DNA of 64,000 nt, from positions 96,001-160,000 of the IMG/VR virus record IMGVR_UViG_3300010429_000387, one strand, 5' to 3'. The notes beneath the pieces are model-generated. The model worked only from the letters and a program-made list of their open reading frames with translations. It was not told the origin of the DNA and did not search any database. The position numbers and the translations under genes were made by a program. Positions 1 through 9,602 of this stretch are shown here, piece after piece. Positions within the stretch are counted from its first letter, which is position 1. Every line of letters begins with the position of its first letter. Source of the DNA: a virus (lineage: Duplodnaviria; Caudoviricetes).

Positions 1-2
1 GG

Positions 3-719
3 GAACGGCTGAACAGGATCTCCCAGCTCAAGGCGGACATCCTCGACATTGATACCGTTGAGCAGCCCGTGAAGATGGTTCATGATGAGCTGGTCAGGAC
101 GGCCACTGAGATCCGAACCCAGCGCTCGATGATCCAAGCGGATCGGACCTCGGGAGCTGGCTATGGGGATGAGTCTGGAGACGCCCCCCAGAGCAGGGTC
201 CCCAGGGAGGATGACCTGGACGAGGAGGAGCTTGATCGGATCATGCGGGAGCAGACCCCCTTGGTCGCCCCGGAGCCTTCCAGGACCCCTCCCAAGCCCA
301 AGGAGCCCGAGCCCAAGCCCGAGGTGGAAGAGACGCCCTGTGTCTCCCCAGAGACCTGTGGAGCCTTCTGTACGGGTGAGTGCCTGAAGCCCGCCCCGGT
401 GGAGGAGACAGCAGCTTCAGAGGTACCCTCCGTAGAGCCCCCGAAGGCCCCCGAAACACCCACTCAAGACAAGCAGGAACCCTCTGGAATTGACCTCCAC
501 ACAGAGGTACCACTTTCAGCACTAGCCCTCCCCAAGCCTGAGGTGGTTGAGCCCCCTGTGCAGGCTGGTGAGGACCCAGATATCGCCAAGTTCCTTGCCA
601 AAGAGGAGCCTGCCCCTCAGCCCAAGGCCAAGGCCACTAAGAAAGCGAAGGCTGAGCCTCCTCCCGCCCCAGTAGAAGACGATGCAATCGACTTTGAGAG
701 TTTGCTCCAAAGTCTCTGA
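3..719 (+). CDS. Hypothetical protein, 5'-truncated; helical N-part and Pro/Glu-rich low-complexity C-part
   Basis: The frame is open from position 3 (ERLNRISQLKADILD...) to TGA at 719. Confidence 0.7.
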   Translation, partial: ERLNRISQLKADILDIDTVEQPVKMVHDELVRTATEIRTQRSMIQADRTSGAGYGDESGDAPQSRVPREDDLDEEELDRIMREQTPLVAPEPSRTPPKPKEPEPKPEVEETPCVSPETCGAFCTGECLKPAPVEETAASEVPSVEPPKAPETPTQDKQEPSGIDLHTEVPLSALALPKPEVVEPPVQAGEDPDIAKFLAKEEPAPQPKAKATKKAKAEPPPAPVEDDAIDFESLLQSL

Positions 720-896
720 CCTTGACCACGGTATTCCACTGGTGTAGGGGACTAAGCGGTACACTACCTGACCTGACCCGGCCGTAGTGCCAATGTCCTG
801 TCATAGTGGTGTACCGCATTCCAACGCACCGACCAGGCTTCCCAGCCCTACCTTCCACGTATCTGGGGACCACGTCACTTGCACGGAGAAAAAACC

Positions 897-1775
897 ATGA
901 GCGATACAGAGTTTGATACCGATCTGCCCTCCCTCGACGATGATGGCTCTATTGGGCTTGGCGACGAGGACAAGGGCAAAGTCAGCTCCAACCAGTTGGA
1001 GTGGTACAAGGGAGAGAAGGGTCGAACCGACCGCATCGCCCTCGTGTACTTCAACACGGTGGACGTGACGAACCTCCGTCGTGCGGTCAAGCAGAAGCCT
1101 GACCTGTCGGCGGATCAGAAGAAGGTGGTCCTGGGGAAGGTCCGATCTGCCCTTGCTGAGAAGCTGCAAAAGTCAGTGGACCAGCTCGATGGTGTGGACC
1201 TGTTGGACCTCAACGAGGCACGCTTCAAGCCAGTTCGAGCCTCCTACAAGCAGAACCTTGGGTACTTCGCTTGGCCGAAGTCGGTCACTGCCGAAGAGGA
1301 GAAGGTCTGGCGCAAGGCTGGTGAGGCCAAGGACTACGTCTGTACCGTCGTTCTGTGGTACCCGACCGACCGTGAGGGTGAGGTTGACAAGGACCGTTTG
1401 GCGAAGGGCTGGAGGGTTCTCCCCTGGCGGTTCGCTCCCGACAAGTTCGACGTGATCCGCAAGATCAACAAGGGCCTCATCGAGAGTGGTTCCTCGGTCT
1501 CTCGCATCGACCTCAACATCAGTTGCACTGACACCCAGTACCAGAAGATCACGATCACTCAGGCGGGACCTGCCATCTACCAGCGTCATGAGCCCTTCAA
1601 GCGGGCCGTCTTGGAGAAGGCTCTGGCGCTCTACCCGAAGCTCAGCCCCTTCCGTGAACTGACCACGGATGAGCTTCGTGAGAAGCTGGGCATGGCCCCC
1701 TCCGGTGGCGGTGGAGTTGCTCCGGGATCCGACTTCTCGGACGGCGACCTCTCCAACGTTCTTGCTGGCGTCTGA
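897..1775 (+). CDS. Putative single-stranded DNA-binding protein (gp32-like)
   Basis: GGAG RBS before ATG 897. Aromatic-rich core, Gly-rich linker and acidic tail (SDFSDGDLSNVL). Heads the recombination cluster. Confidence 0.5.
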   Translation: MSDTEFDTDLPSLDDDGSIGLGDEDKGKVSSNQLEWYKGEKGRTDRIALVYFNTVDVTNLRRAVKQKPDLSADQKKVVLGKVRSALAEKLQKSVDQLDGVDLLDLNEARFKPVRASYKQNLGYFAWPKSVTAEEEKVWRKAGEAKDYVCTVVLWYPTDREGEVDKDRLAKGWRVLPWRFAPDKFDVIRKINKGLIESGSSVSRIDLNISCTDTQYQKITITQAGPAIYQRHEPFKRAVLEKALALYPKLSPFRELTTDELREKLGMAPSGGGGVAPGSDFSDGDLSNVLAGV

Positions 1776-1786
1776 TTCGTAGTACC

Positions 1787-1827
1787 AAGACGGGAGGCAT
1801 CCGGTAACGGGTGTCCTCCCGTTTCTT
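1787..1827 (+). terminator. Probable intrinsic terminator
   Basis: ACGGGAGGCATCCG-GTAA-CGGGTGTCCTCCCGT stem followed by TTCTT, just after the stop codon. Confidence 0.6.
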
Positions 1828-1845
1828 GCGAAATGGGAGCAGTGT

Positions 1846-2493
1846 ATGCTGTCCTTGGGGCTAGATCCGTCCATGTCCGGCTTTGGCTGGTGCGTCCACG
1901 ATCCGTGGGCGACGGGCAAGGCTCGTGTTGTGGATAAGGGGAGATTTGCGAGTCCATCCAGCGAGGTCTTCATCGCTCGGTACCTTGGACTCAGGGCGTG
2001 TGTCCTTGATCTTCTCGATGATTACCCCGAGGTCAAGATAGTGGGGGTTGAGTCACCCCCATTCGGTGAGGCGTGGTCAGAGGGTCTCTACGGCCTATTT
2101 CTCTACGTGAATGAGGCTATCTACCTCCGACGTAGGGACGTGGTGTACTTCGATCCCTCGACAGTCAAGGCTCTCACGAAAGAGGACCCCGAGGTCCGTA
2201 AGGGCAAGATGTTCAAGGCCGATATGGTGGCAATGGCCCAAGCCGATACCGGGGTATTCCGGTGGAATGGGGACGAAGCTGATGCCTACCACATCGCCAG
2301 GTTTGCCGCCCGCTTCTGGTTGCTAATCGAAGGAGAGATCACAGAGGACGTGCTTCTCCCCTCGGAGAAGCACACTTTCCTCAGGTCCCACACCTTCACT
2401 AGGGGCAAGCACGCTGGGGAGACCCAGAAACTCGGTACCCTGTTCCGTGAGGACGAGAGGTTCTTCAGGTTCTCAAGATTGGAGTCAACATGA
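1846..2493 (+). CDS. ruvC: RuvC-like Holliday junction resolvase
   Basis: LGLDPSMSGFGW, VGVESP and DEADAYHIA match the RuvC acidic motifs. Confidence 0.8.
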   Translation: MLSLGLDPSMSGFGWCVHDPWATGKARVVDKGRFASPSSEVFIARYLGLRACVLDLLDDYPEVKIVGVESPPFGEAWSEGLYGLFLYVNEAIYLRRRDVVYFDPSTVKALTKEDPEVRKGKMFKADMVAMAQADTGVFRWNGDEADAYHIARFAARFWLLIEGEITEDVLLPSEKHTFLRSHTFTRGKHAGETQKLGTLFREDERFFRFSRLEST

Positions 2494-3740
2494 GCAAAGC
2501 CACAACGAGTGCCAAGGCAAAGAAGGAGCCCACGTCCTCCTCAGCAGAAGCAGATGCCAAGAGGAAGGCGATTGCAGACGGGGCAATCGCTATGATTGCT
2601 AAGGCTACGAAACAGAAGCCTCTGGGTCTTCACGAGGGGACCTGGCCGTTCATCCCGTCGGGAGCCTTGACGGTGGACAACCTGATCGGAGGCATTCCTC
2701 TTCCGGATGGCTCTGGGATGATCTGCCCAGGGTACCCGAGGGGCCGTATGTTCGAGGTGTTCGGCCCTGAGTCCTCAGGGAAGACCACTCTTGCCTTGGC
2801 TGCCATCGTCTCGGTTCAGAGGGCTGGGGGCATTGCCATGTTCCTCGACTACGAGAACGCCCTTCACCACGGGTACGCCAAGGCGATTGGCGTAGACTTC
2901 CGCCCTGACCGGCTCCTCTACTACGCCCCCTCCACTCTGGAAGAGGGGTTGAAGATGATGTACATCGCCATTCGGCAGAAGATTGACATCATCGTGGTGG
3001 ACTCGGTCGCTGCCATGGTTCCCCAGAAGGAGCTGGAGAAGAAGCTCGATGATGCAGCGGCTATCGGGGCTCTCGCTCGGGCCATGTCCACGGTTCTCCC
3101 CAAGATGACCCAGTGGCTCAAGGAGTCTCCCTCCTTCGTGATGTTCCTGAACCAGACCCGATCCCTCATCTCGGCTCAGTCCCACGCTGGGGATGACAAC
3201 ACGGCTGGTGGCAAGGCAGTCAAGTTCTACGCTAGCGGGCGTCTGAAGTTGACCCGAATCAAGTCCGAGATCGTGGAGAAGGCCGACCCGATCACCCTGA
3301 AGAAGAAGAAGATCCCCTACGGAAACCTGGTCCAGGTCAAGGTCGTCAAGAACAAGATGGCTGGAACCCAGGGGCACAACGGGACCATCTTCATCCGGTA
3401 CGGGGCTGGGGTGGACGAGTACCTGAGCCTCATCGAGGGTGCCATCCCCAGGAAGATCATCGTTCAGACCAGCGGGACGTACACCTACCAGGGAGAGACG
3501 TTCAAGGGGCGAGACCGTCTCCGCAAGTACCTCATGGAGAACCCCTCTGCCTTCGAGGCGTTGAAGGAGAAGGTCACCCTGGCCCTCACCAACGAGGCCC
3601 CCAAGGTCATCGAGGAAGTCGATGACGAGGACATCATCTCGGATATGAACTCCGAGCTTGCAGACGACGATGTTCACGAGAGTGATGAACAGGTCGAGGA
3701 CATCGAGAGTTCGGTTGAATCCTCCCTAGAAGAGTCATGA
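2490..3740 (+). CDS. recA: RecA recombinase
   Basis: GYPRGR..EVFGPESSGKTT (Walker A), IIVVDSVAAM (Walker B), FLNQTR, GGKAVKFYAS, KVVKNK; acidic tail. Confidence 0.95.
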   Translation: MSKATTSAKAKKEPTSSSAEADAKRKAIADGAIAMIAKATKQKPLGLHEGTWPFIPSGALTVDNLIGGIPLPDGSGMICPGYPRGRMFEVFGPESSGKTTLALAAIVSVQRAGGIAMFLDYENALHHGYAKAIGVDFRPDRLLYYAPSTLEEGLKMMYIAIRQKIDIIVVDSVAAMVPQKELEKKLDDAAAIGALARAMSTVLPKMTQWLKESPSFVMFLNQTRSLISAQSHAGDDNTAGGKAVKFYASGRLKLTRIKSEIVEKADPITLKKKKIPYGNLVQVKVVKNKMAGTQGHNGTIFIRYGAGVDEYLSLIEGAIPRKIIVQTSGTYTYQGETFKGRDRLRKYLMENPSAFEALKEKVTLALTNEAPKVIEEVDDEDIISDMNSELADDDVHESDEQVEDIESSVESSLEES

Positions 3741-3744
3741 AGTC

Positions 3745-4977
3745 ATGATCCAAATCGAGGTTACAGGCTTTCAGTCTATCGAACAGACTCAGGTCTGCAT
3801 CGATGGGTTCACTGCTCTTGTGGGTCGGTCCAACATTGGCAAGTCCGCCGTGGTCCGGGCTCTCAAGTGTGCCCTGACCAACAGCCTCGGAACCTCCTTC
3901 GTTCGCCATGGGGAGTTCTGTGCCCGAACTCTCCGTGGTGCGAAGACCTGCAAGTGCTTCTCCTCAGTCCACATCCAGATGGATGGGTTCGATCTTCTGT
4001 GGGAGAAAGGGGACTCGGTCAACCGATACCTCTTCAACGGCAAGGAGTATGACAAGCCGGGACAGGGGATCCCGGACTTCCTGGTGGATAGCGGGTTCAG
4101 TCCAGTGAAGGTGGGTGACGATTCTGGCTGCATTCAAGTGGCCGACCAGTTCTTTCCGATCTTCTTGTTGAACCAGTCTGGACCAGCTATCGCTGAGGCT
4201 ATCTCCGACGTGGCCCGGCTGGACCGGATCAATAAGGCCGCCAAGATGGTCGAGAAGGACCGTCGGGAGGCCATGTCCACCAAGAAGGTTCGGGAGAAGG
4301 ACGCTGTGGAGCTGAGGGCCAAGCTCCAGGGCTACGACGGGCTCGACAGGGCGATAGAGCAGACCTCCTCAGTGGAGGACCAGCTTGCCGTGGTCGAGGC
4401 GGCAGAGGGCAAGGTAGACCTGCTGACGGGGTACCAGGAGTCGGTACAGACCTTGACCGAACGGATCCGAGGGCTTGTCTCTGTCGGGTCGGTGGTGGTC
4501 CCCGACCTGGCCCCCCTGGTGGCAGCCGACTCCAAGGCCACCAAGCTCACCAAGTTCTCGGTGGAGCTTGATGAGCGAGTTGAGAACTACAAGGCGGTTG
4601 CCTGGGTTGAGAACTTCCTGAGCAAGGTACCTGAGATCGAGCCTGTGCAGGAGGCCCAAGTGAAGATCAAGAAGCTCGATGGGTGGATCGGGAAGCTCCG
4701 CTCCTTCAAGGAGCGATTCGCCTTCCTGGACCGGGCAGAGAAGACCCAGGTCCCAGCCCTCACCGACGCTCCAGAGGCCCAGAAACGTCTTCAGACGATG
4801 GACCAGTACATCTCCAAGGTCCGAGCCCTTGAGACCGCCATCACCTCTCTGGAGGGCAAGCTCAAGGTTGCGACAGATGAGGAGGGGCAGGTGGTCTCCG
4901 AAGCTGAGGCGCTTGGTGTCTGCCCTACTTGCACCCAACCGTTTCAGGTTGGACAGTCGGAGCACGCCCATGCCTAG
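3745..4977 (+). CDS. Rad50/SbcC-like ATPase, N-terminal half ending in a zinc hook
   Basis: IEVTGFQS, Walker A GRSNIGKS, Q-loop-like IQVADQ, helical repeats and terminal CPTC. No signature motif or Walker B. Confidence 0.85.
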   Translation: MIQIEVTGFQSIEQTQVCIDGFTALVGRSNIGKSAVVRALKCALTNSLGTSFVRHGEFCARTLRGAKTCKCFSSVHIQMDGFDLLWEKGDSVNRYLFNGKEYDKPGQGIPDFLVDSGFSPVKVGDDSGCIQVADQFFPIFLLNQSGPAIAEAISDVARLDRINKAAKMVEKDRREAMSTKKVREKDAVELRAKLQGYDGLDRAIEQTSSVEDQLAVVEAAEGKVDLLTGYQESVQTLTERIRGLVSVGSVVVPDLAPLVAADSKATKLTKFSVELDERVENYKAVAWVENFLSKVPEIEPVQEAQVKIKKLDGWIGKLRSFKERFAFLDRAEKTQVPALTDAPEAQKRLQTMDQYISKVRALETAITSLEGKLKVATDEEGQVVSEAEALGVCPTCTQPFQVGQSEHAHA

Positions 4978-7066
4978 GATCTCCTTCCTGTTTCGGACAG
5001 ACGTTCACCTCTCAGACCGGTCCCCTATGTCTTGGAAGGGGGACTACTCGGCTGAGATTTTCTCCAACCTAGAGCAGATTGGAGAGCTTGCCAAGGTGCA
5101 TCAGGTCAATGCGGTCTTGGATGGAGGTGACTACTTCCACATCAAGGCCCCAACCCGGAACCCTCACCACCTCAACGAGAGGTCGGCCAGAATCCACCGG
5201 GCGTACCCCTGCCCCACGTATTGCATCGAGGGCAACCACGACCTGGCCTACAACAACCTGGAGAGCTTGTCGAAGCAGCCCCTAGGGGTCCTTTACGCCA
5301 GCGGGATCTTCCAGCATCTTCGTGAACAGGTCTTCGAGGATGGTGACCTTCGTGTTCGGGTTGTCGGGGTCCCGTATAGCCCCAACCGGTCCCTGAGCGA
5401 TATGCTCAACATCCAGAAGAAGAAGGGTGACACCCACCTCATTGCGATTGTTCACTCCCTTGCAGCCAAGAACCCTCCAACTTCGGTTGAAGACTTCTGG
5501 AACGAACCTGTTTTCCCCTATGAGTCTCTGGTCAGCCGGAACGGTCCCGATGTGTGGTGTTTCCCACCTGGAACACCTGTTCTGGATTGGCTTTATCGTC
5601 CGGTACCCATTGAGAAGGCGGGTAACAGCTTAGCTATCGCAGGCAGAGCAGGACCAACCACCATAGAAGTGGTCCACCCAGTCCGTCAAGTCAACGAGGA
5701 CCTGATTCACCTTGACATTGAGGGGGTCCCTCCCCTGGTTCAAGGTGTGACCTCCGAACACCCTTACTGGGTTTCTCAGGGACTTAGGTGTAAGCACCCC
5801 TCTAGGTCTTCCCGTAGGTGCCACCCTGACAAAGGGAGAGGTTCAATCCCATGTGCTATTTGTGAAAACCCTGCTGAGGTGAGTCCCACCTGGGTTAGGG
5901 CTGGAGATATACGTCCAGGTGACTTTGTCGCAATCCCTGTCCCTAGAATCCCTGTTGCAGCCCCATCGAACCCTGGGCTATCTCGCCTTTTGGGGTACTA
6001 CTCTGCTGAGGGTCACATAATCAAGAATGGGAAGGGGAAGCCCGTTTCTGGTGTAGGTTGGTCTTTCCACTCGGATGAGCTGACCTTGCACAAGGATGTC
6101 TGTGACCTTGTGAAGGAGAACTTCGGGCTGGACACCCATTTCCACTGGAACCTAGAGGAGCACACAGTTCAAATCTGTGCCTATGGTAAGAAGATTGCCA
6201 ACTTCTTCTCCAAACACGGGGGGTGCATGGCTGAGCATAAGGAACTATCCTCCTGGATCTGGGGGAGATCCCCAGTGGACCGCCTTGAGTTCATTAGGGG
6301 CTGGCTCCTTGGTGACGGCCATGCAAGGGCAGAAAAGACAGATGTTGGTGGGGCCACTGTGTCCCAAACGCTGGCTTTCCAGGTGTTTTTTCTCGCCCTT
6401 TCGGTGGGTTTACACCCGTGCTTCACCGTAAGACCCCCAAAGAAAGGGCGTCTCCAAGCCAACATCATCTCGTTCTATGGGGGTGACGGTGCGGCACTCT
6501 CACGAAGTATTGGAGTCAACCCACCAGACAGAGTCAAGACAAGAGTTTCTGGCTTTTTCTCTGGTGGATTGTACTATACCAGGGTCCGCAAGGTTACTCG
6601 TGTGTCCTACCAAGGGCCTGTTCACAACTTCCGGACAGCTTGTGGTGAGTACCTCGCGGGTGGGGTTCTGGTACACAACTGCTTCGGTCACTGGCACAAG
6701 GACCAGGGCATCGAGGTGGTGGGTGGGAAGCAGTTCGTCAACCAGGGGTCAGTGTCTCGGGGGTCCTTGGTGCGTGAAAACTTGGAGCGTACCCCCAGGA
6801 TATCACTCGTTGAGTTTGACGGGTCGGACCTACGGGTCACCCCTATTGGCTTGTCGGTGGCCCCCGCCTCTGAAGTGTTCGACTTGGAGAAGAAGGCACT
6901 TCAAGAGAGGGAGCGGCATGACATCGACCAGTTCATCATGCGACTCATCTCCGACGGTGCAGTTGACCCGGATGCAACCATCGAGGAAAACGTGAGGGGC
7001 CTCGACTTTGCGGATGACGTTCGTAGTGAGGCCCTACGTTACCTTGAGCTTGCGGAGGTCGGATGA
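4970..7066 (+). CDS. Mre11/SbcD-like metallophosphoesterase nuclease containing an intein
   Basis: Motifs TDVH, GGDYFH, EGNHD, IVH and GHWH. Start placed at ATG 4970, overlapping the upstream stop. Confidence 0.88.
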   Translation: MPRISFLFRTDVHLSDRSPMSWKGDYSAEIFSNLEQIGELAKVHQVNAVLDGGDYFHIKAPTRNPHHLNERSARIHRAYPCPTYCIEGNHDLAYNNLESLSKQPLGVLYASGIFQHLREQVFEDGDLRVRVVGVPYSPNRSLSDMLNIQKKKGDTHLIAIVHSLAAKNPPTSVEDFWNEPVFPYESLVSRNGPDVWCFPPGTPVLDWLYRPVPIEKAGNSLAIAGRAGPTTIEVVHPVRQVNEDLIHLDIEGVPPLVQGVTSEHPYWVSQGLRCKHPSRSSRRCHPDKGRGSIPCAICENPAEVSPTWVRAGDIRPGDFVAIPVPRIPVAAPSNPGLSRLLGYYSAEGHIIKNGKGKPVSGVGWSFHSDELTLHKDVCDLVKENFGLDTHFHWNLEEHTVQICAYGKKIANFFSKHGGCMAEHKELSSWIWGRSPVDRLEFIRGWLLGDGHARAEKTDVGGATVSQTLAFQVFFLALSVGLHPCFTVRPPKKGRLQANIISFYGGDGAALSRSIGVNPPDRVKTRVSGFFSGGLYYTRVRKVTRVSYQGPVHNFRTACGEYLAGGVLVHNCFGHWHKDQGIEVVGGKQFVNQGSVSRGSLVRENLERTPRISLVEFDGSDLRVTPIGLSVAPASEVFDLEKKALQERERHDIDQFIMRLISDGAVDPDATIEENVRGLDFADDVRSEALRYLELAEVG
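5558..6679 (+). mobile_element. Intein (374 aa) with LAGLIDADG homing endonuclease
   Basis: Starts CFPPGT, block B TSEHPYW, LAGLIDADG-like LLGYYSAEG and FIRGWLLGDG, block F GPVHNF, ends VLVHN followed by Cys(+1). Confidence 0.93.
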
Positions 7067-8037
7067 GCAACGGAGTCAACTACATATCCTACTCTGGGTA
7101 CAAGCTCTACATCCAGTGCCCCTTTGCGTACTGGAATAGGTACGTCAACAAGACTACCCTTGCAGATGCGGAGAACGGGCTTGGGACCCTCTACGGGTCA
7201 ACCGTTGGCCTCGTGTTCGAGGCGTTCTATCGGGATCGGATCTGGAAACGAGAGGATTACCTTGAGGCCCTTCAGGGCTTGGTTGAACCCTACCTGAAGA
7301 AAGCGATCAAGGACCAAGAGAGGCAGGGTCGAATCATCGACTGGTCTGATGAGGAGGCCACCAAGACCTATAAGAACCAGGGAGAGCTGGTAGCCGACAT
7401 CCGGGATTCAATCCCAAGGGGTGTTCAAACCATTCGGCAGAACAAGCTGATGGGGCCTTTCATGGAGGCCGAGATGAAGCTGGATTGCCGCTTCGGTGGG
7501 TACACCATTGGAGGGCGTGCCGACTTCGTGGTTCAGCGGACTCAACCTCATGGTGACCTGGTCATCCTTGATGGGAAGGGATCCAAGCATCGGGCCAAGT
7601 ACGTTGACGGCCATGCGTTGAAAGAGGGGGCCGCTATCGAGGGCGTTCAGCTCAAGTGGTACGCCTTCCTGTACCGTGAGCGCAAGAAGCGGACCCCGGA
7701 TGCCCTTGGGTACATCTTCTGGAAGTTCGGGGGCGAGCAGGCCATGGAGTGGGTCCCCTTCAAGGCCAAGGACCTCGATGACCTGAAGGATGAGGTACTG
7801 GCAACCCTGACTAGGATCGATACTTCGGTGTCAAGGCTCTATAGCCTATCGGGTAAGCCGCAAGCCTGTGCGGACTTGCGTGAGGAGCTGTTCCCTGCTC
7901 AACCGGGGGACGGATGCCGTCTGTGTTCCTACGTGTCTGTTTGCGAGGATGGTCAGAAGAAGACCAAATCGTTCAAGAGGGCTCGCCTGGAACTCCCCGA
8001 AGGTGTAAATGAGCTGACACTCGGCCTGGACGATTGA
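7063..8037 (+). CDS. PD-(D/E)XK nuclease (RecB/AddB/Cas4-like) with a four-Cys cluster
   Basis: SYS..YIQCP, GRADFV, ILDGKG, QLKWYA, CRLCSYVSVC. Confidence 0.85.
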   Translation: MSNGVNYISYSGYKLYIQCPFAYWNRYVNKTTLADAENGLGTLYGSTVGLVFEAFYRDRIWKREDYLEALQGLVEPYLKKAIKDQERQGRIIDWSDEEATKTYKNQGELVADIRDSIPRGVQTIRQNKLMGPFMEAEMKLDCRFGGYTIGGRADFVVQRTQPHGDLVILDGKGSKHRAKYVDGHALKEGAAIEGVQLKWYAFLYRERKKRTPDALGYIFWKFGGEQAMEWVPFKAKDLDDLKDEVLATLTRIDTSVSRLYSLSGKPQACADLREELFPAQPGDGCRLCSYVSVCEDGQKKTKSFKRARLELPEGVNELTLGLDD

Positions 8038-8048
8038 GGTAGACCTAC

Positions 8049-8330
8049 ATGACCCTGATGACCCCTGACAAACTTCATGAGAGAATGCAGAACCTTTCAA
8101 CTCGCCATGCGAAAGTCCTTCGCAGAAAGGCGGAGTTGGGTGGTGAGCTGAAGTCTAAGAAGGAAGAGCTGGCCTCTTTGGTCAAGGAGATCCAGGCGGC
8201 AGGGTACAACCCCAAGACCCTCGTTGAGGACCGGAACAAGGCCCAAGAGGAGTTGGAGACGCTTCTCGACACGTTCGAGACCAACCTGGTCGAAGCGGAG
8301 ACGATCCTCTCCGAGTTCGATAAAAAGTGA
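8049..8330 (+). CDS. Small coiled-coil protein
   Basis: 93 aa with heptad pattern; GAGG RBS. Confidence 0.75.
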   Translation: MTLMTPDKLHERMQNLSTRHAKVLRRKAELGGELKSKKEELASLVKEIQAAGYNPKTLVEDRNKAQEELETLLDTFETNLVEAETILSEFDKK

Positions 8331-8342
8331 GAGGAAACAGAG

Positions 8343-9602
8343 ATGAAGATTGAATTTAGCCTTCCGGACCTCTTGAAGGCGCTTGAGGTCGTTTCCATCG
8401 TCACCCCTCGTCCGGTGACGGCCAGTGGAGCAGCAGGGTACCTGTTCGTTGTCCGGGGTCAGGAGTGCTTCCTGTACTCCCGTGATGAACTCTGTGTCGC
8501 CCGAGCCAGCTTCCCTCTGTCCGAGTCGTCTGAGGATGGGCAGTTCGTCTACCCGGCTGAGTCCATCGACGCTCTCAAGTACCTGGATGACGACTCGTGT
8601 ACCATCGAGGCATCCAGCGTAGACGAGCGATTCACTGTTCGATACCAGACCGCTTCTGGGGTTGAGGCAGAGCGAAGCTCTTTCGACCCTCAACTCCTTT
8701 CGACCTTCGATGAGGACCTGGAGGCAGCAGCAGCCTCGTCCGTCGAGTTCCGTTCCGGAGTGCTTCGAGAGGCTATCAACCTTGCCAAGCCCTTCATCGG
8801 GAAGGTCGGGGACTCCAAGGTCGGGGAGCACTTCAAGGGGCTCCAGATCATGGATGCCACCAGGGTGGATAAGGACAAGGGTATCGACTACTCCAAGGGT
8901 GATGGGTACCTATTCGTCTCGGATGGGACCCGCACCTTCTTCTTCCAGTGCGATGACTTCAAGGGAAAGAGCCTGGAGATACACGCTCAGTTCCTTGGTC
9001 TATTCGTGAGCTTCCTCAGCAAGTGCAAGGAGAAGGTGGTCATCCGCAAGGGCTCTCACCTCATCTTTGCCATGAGCGAGTCGGGTCAGGTTCTTGGGTG
9101 GCCCCTCCACACAAAGCTCCACGACAAGTTCGTCTACTACACTCTCAAGACGGACAACAAGCACGTCTTCCAGGTGAACCGGGCTCGCTTCGTCAACTCT
9201 CTTCAGCACGCTAGGATGGAGCTGCCCGCCAAGCAGAACAAGGTCAAGCTCAACTTCAGTCAAGAACGTAAGAGTATCTGGATCGGGATCGCAGAGGGTT
9301 CCTCCAAGGCCAAGGGCATCCCAGTTGAGGTTAAGGTCATCTCGGATGCTGACCCATCGGAAGTCACAGACTTCTCGCTTGGGATCAACCTCGACTTCTT
9401 GATCGAGCTGGTAAACTCAGTGAAGGGGCATACCGTGGAGTTCCGATGCGGTATCTTCCCAGCGAGTGAGACCCGTAAGCGTGACATGGGCCTCTTCCGG
9501 ACGATTGACGACTTCCGTCTCGACCCGTCAGGCAAGGTAACTCCGGAATCAGAGGGGTCTTTCCAATGCAAGGTGACTCGATTCATGCCCTCAAAGGACT
9601 GA
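8343..9602 (+). CDS. Putative sliding clamp (DNA polymerase III beta/DnaN-like)
   Basis: N-terminus MKIEFSLPDLLKALEVV, FVSDGTR and GINLDFLIELV resemble DnaN. A DnaX-like loader is encoded nearby. Confidence 0.65.
   Translation: MKIEFSLPDLLKALEVVSIVTPRPVTASGAAGYLFVVRGQECFLYSRDELCVARASFPLSESSEDGQFVYPAESIDALKYLDDDSCTIEASSVDERFTVRYQTASGVEAERSSFDPQLLSTFDEDLEAAAASSVEFRSGVLREAINLAKPFIGKVGDSKVGEHFKGLQIMDATRVDKDKGIDYSKGDGYLFVSDGTRTFFFQCDDFKGKSLEIHAQFLGLFVSFLSKCKEKVVIRKGSHLIFAMSESGQVLGWPLHTKLHDKFVYYTLKTDNKHVFQVNRARFVNSLQHARMELPAKQNKVKLNFSQERKSIWIGIAEGSSKAKGIPVEVKVISDADPSEVTDFSLGINLDFLIELVNSVKGHTVEFRCGIFPASETRKRDMGLFRTIDDFRLDPSGKVTPESEGSFQCKVTRFMPSKD

Noticed and set aside
4679-4969. 97-aa N-terminal extension of Mre11 given in the ORF track
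   Set aside because: It overlaps the Rad50 N-half in another frame; the phosphoesterase motif begins just after ATG 4970.
7063-8037. Cas4-like nuclease as a sign of a CRISPR system
   Set aside because: No cas1/cas2 or array; standalone PD-(D/E)XK nucleases are common in phage recombination clusters.
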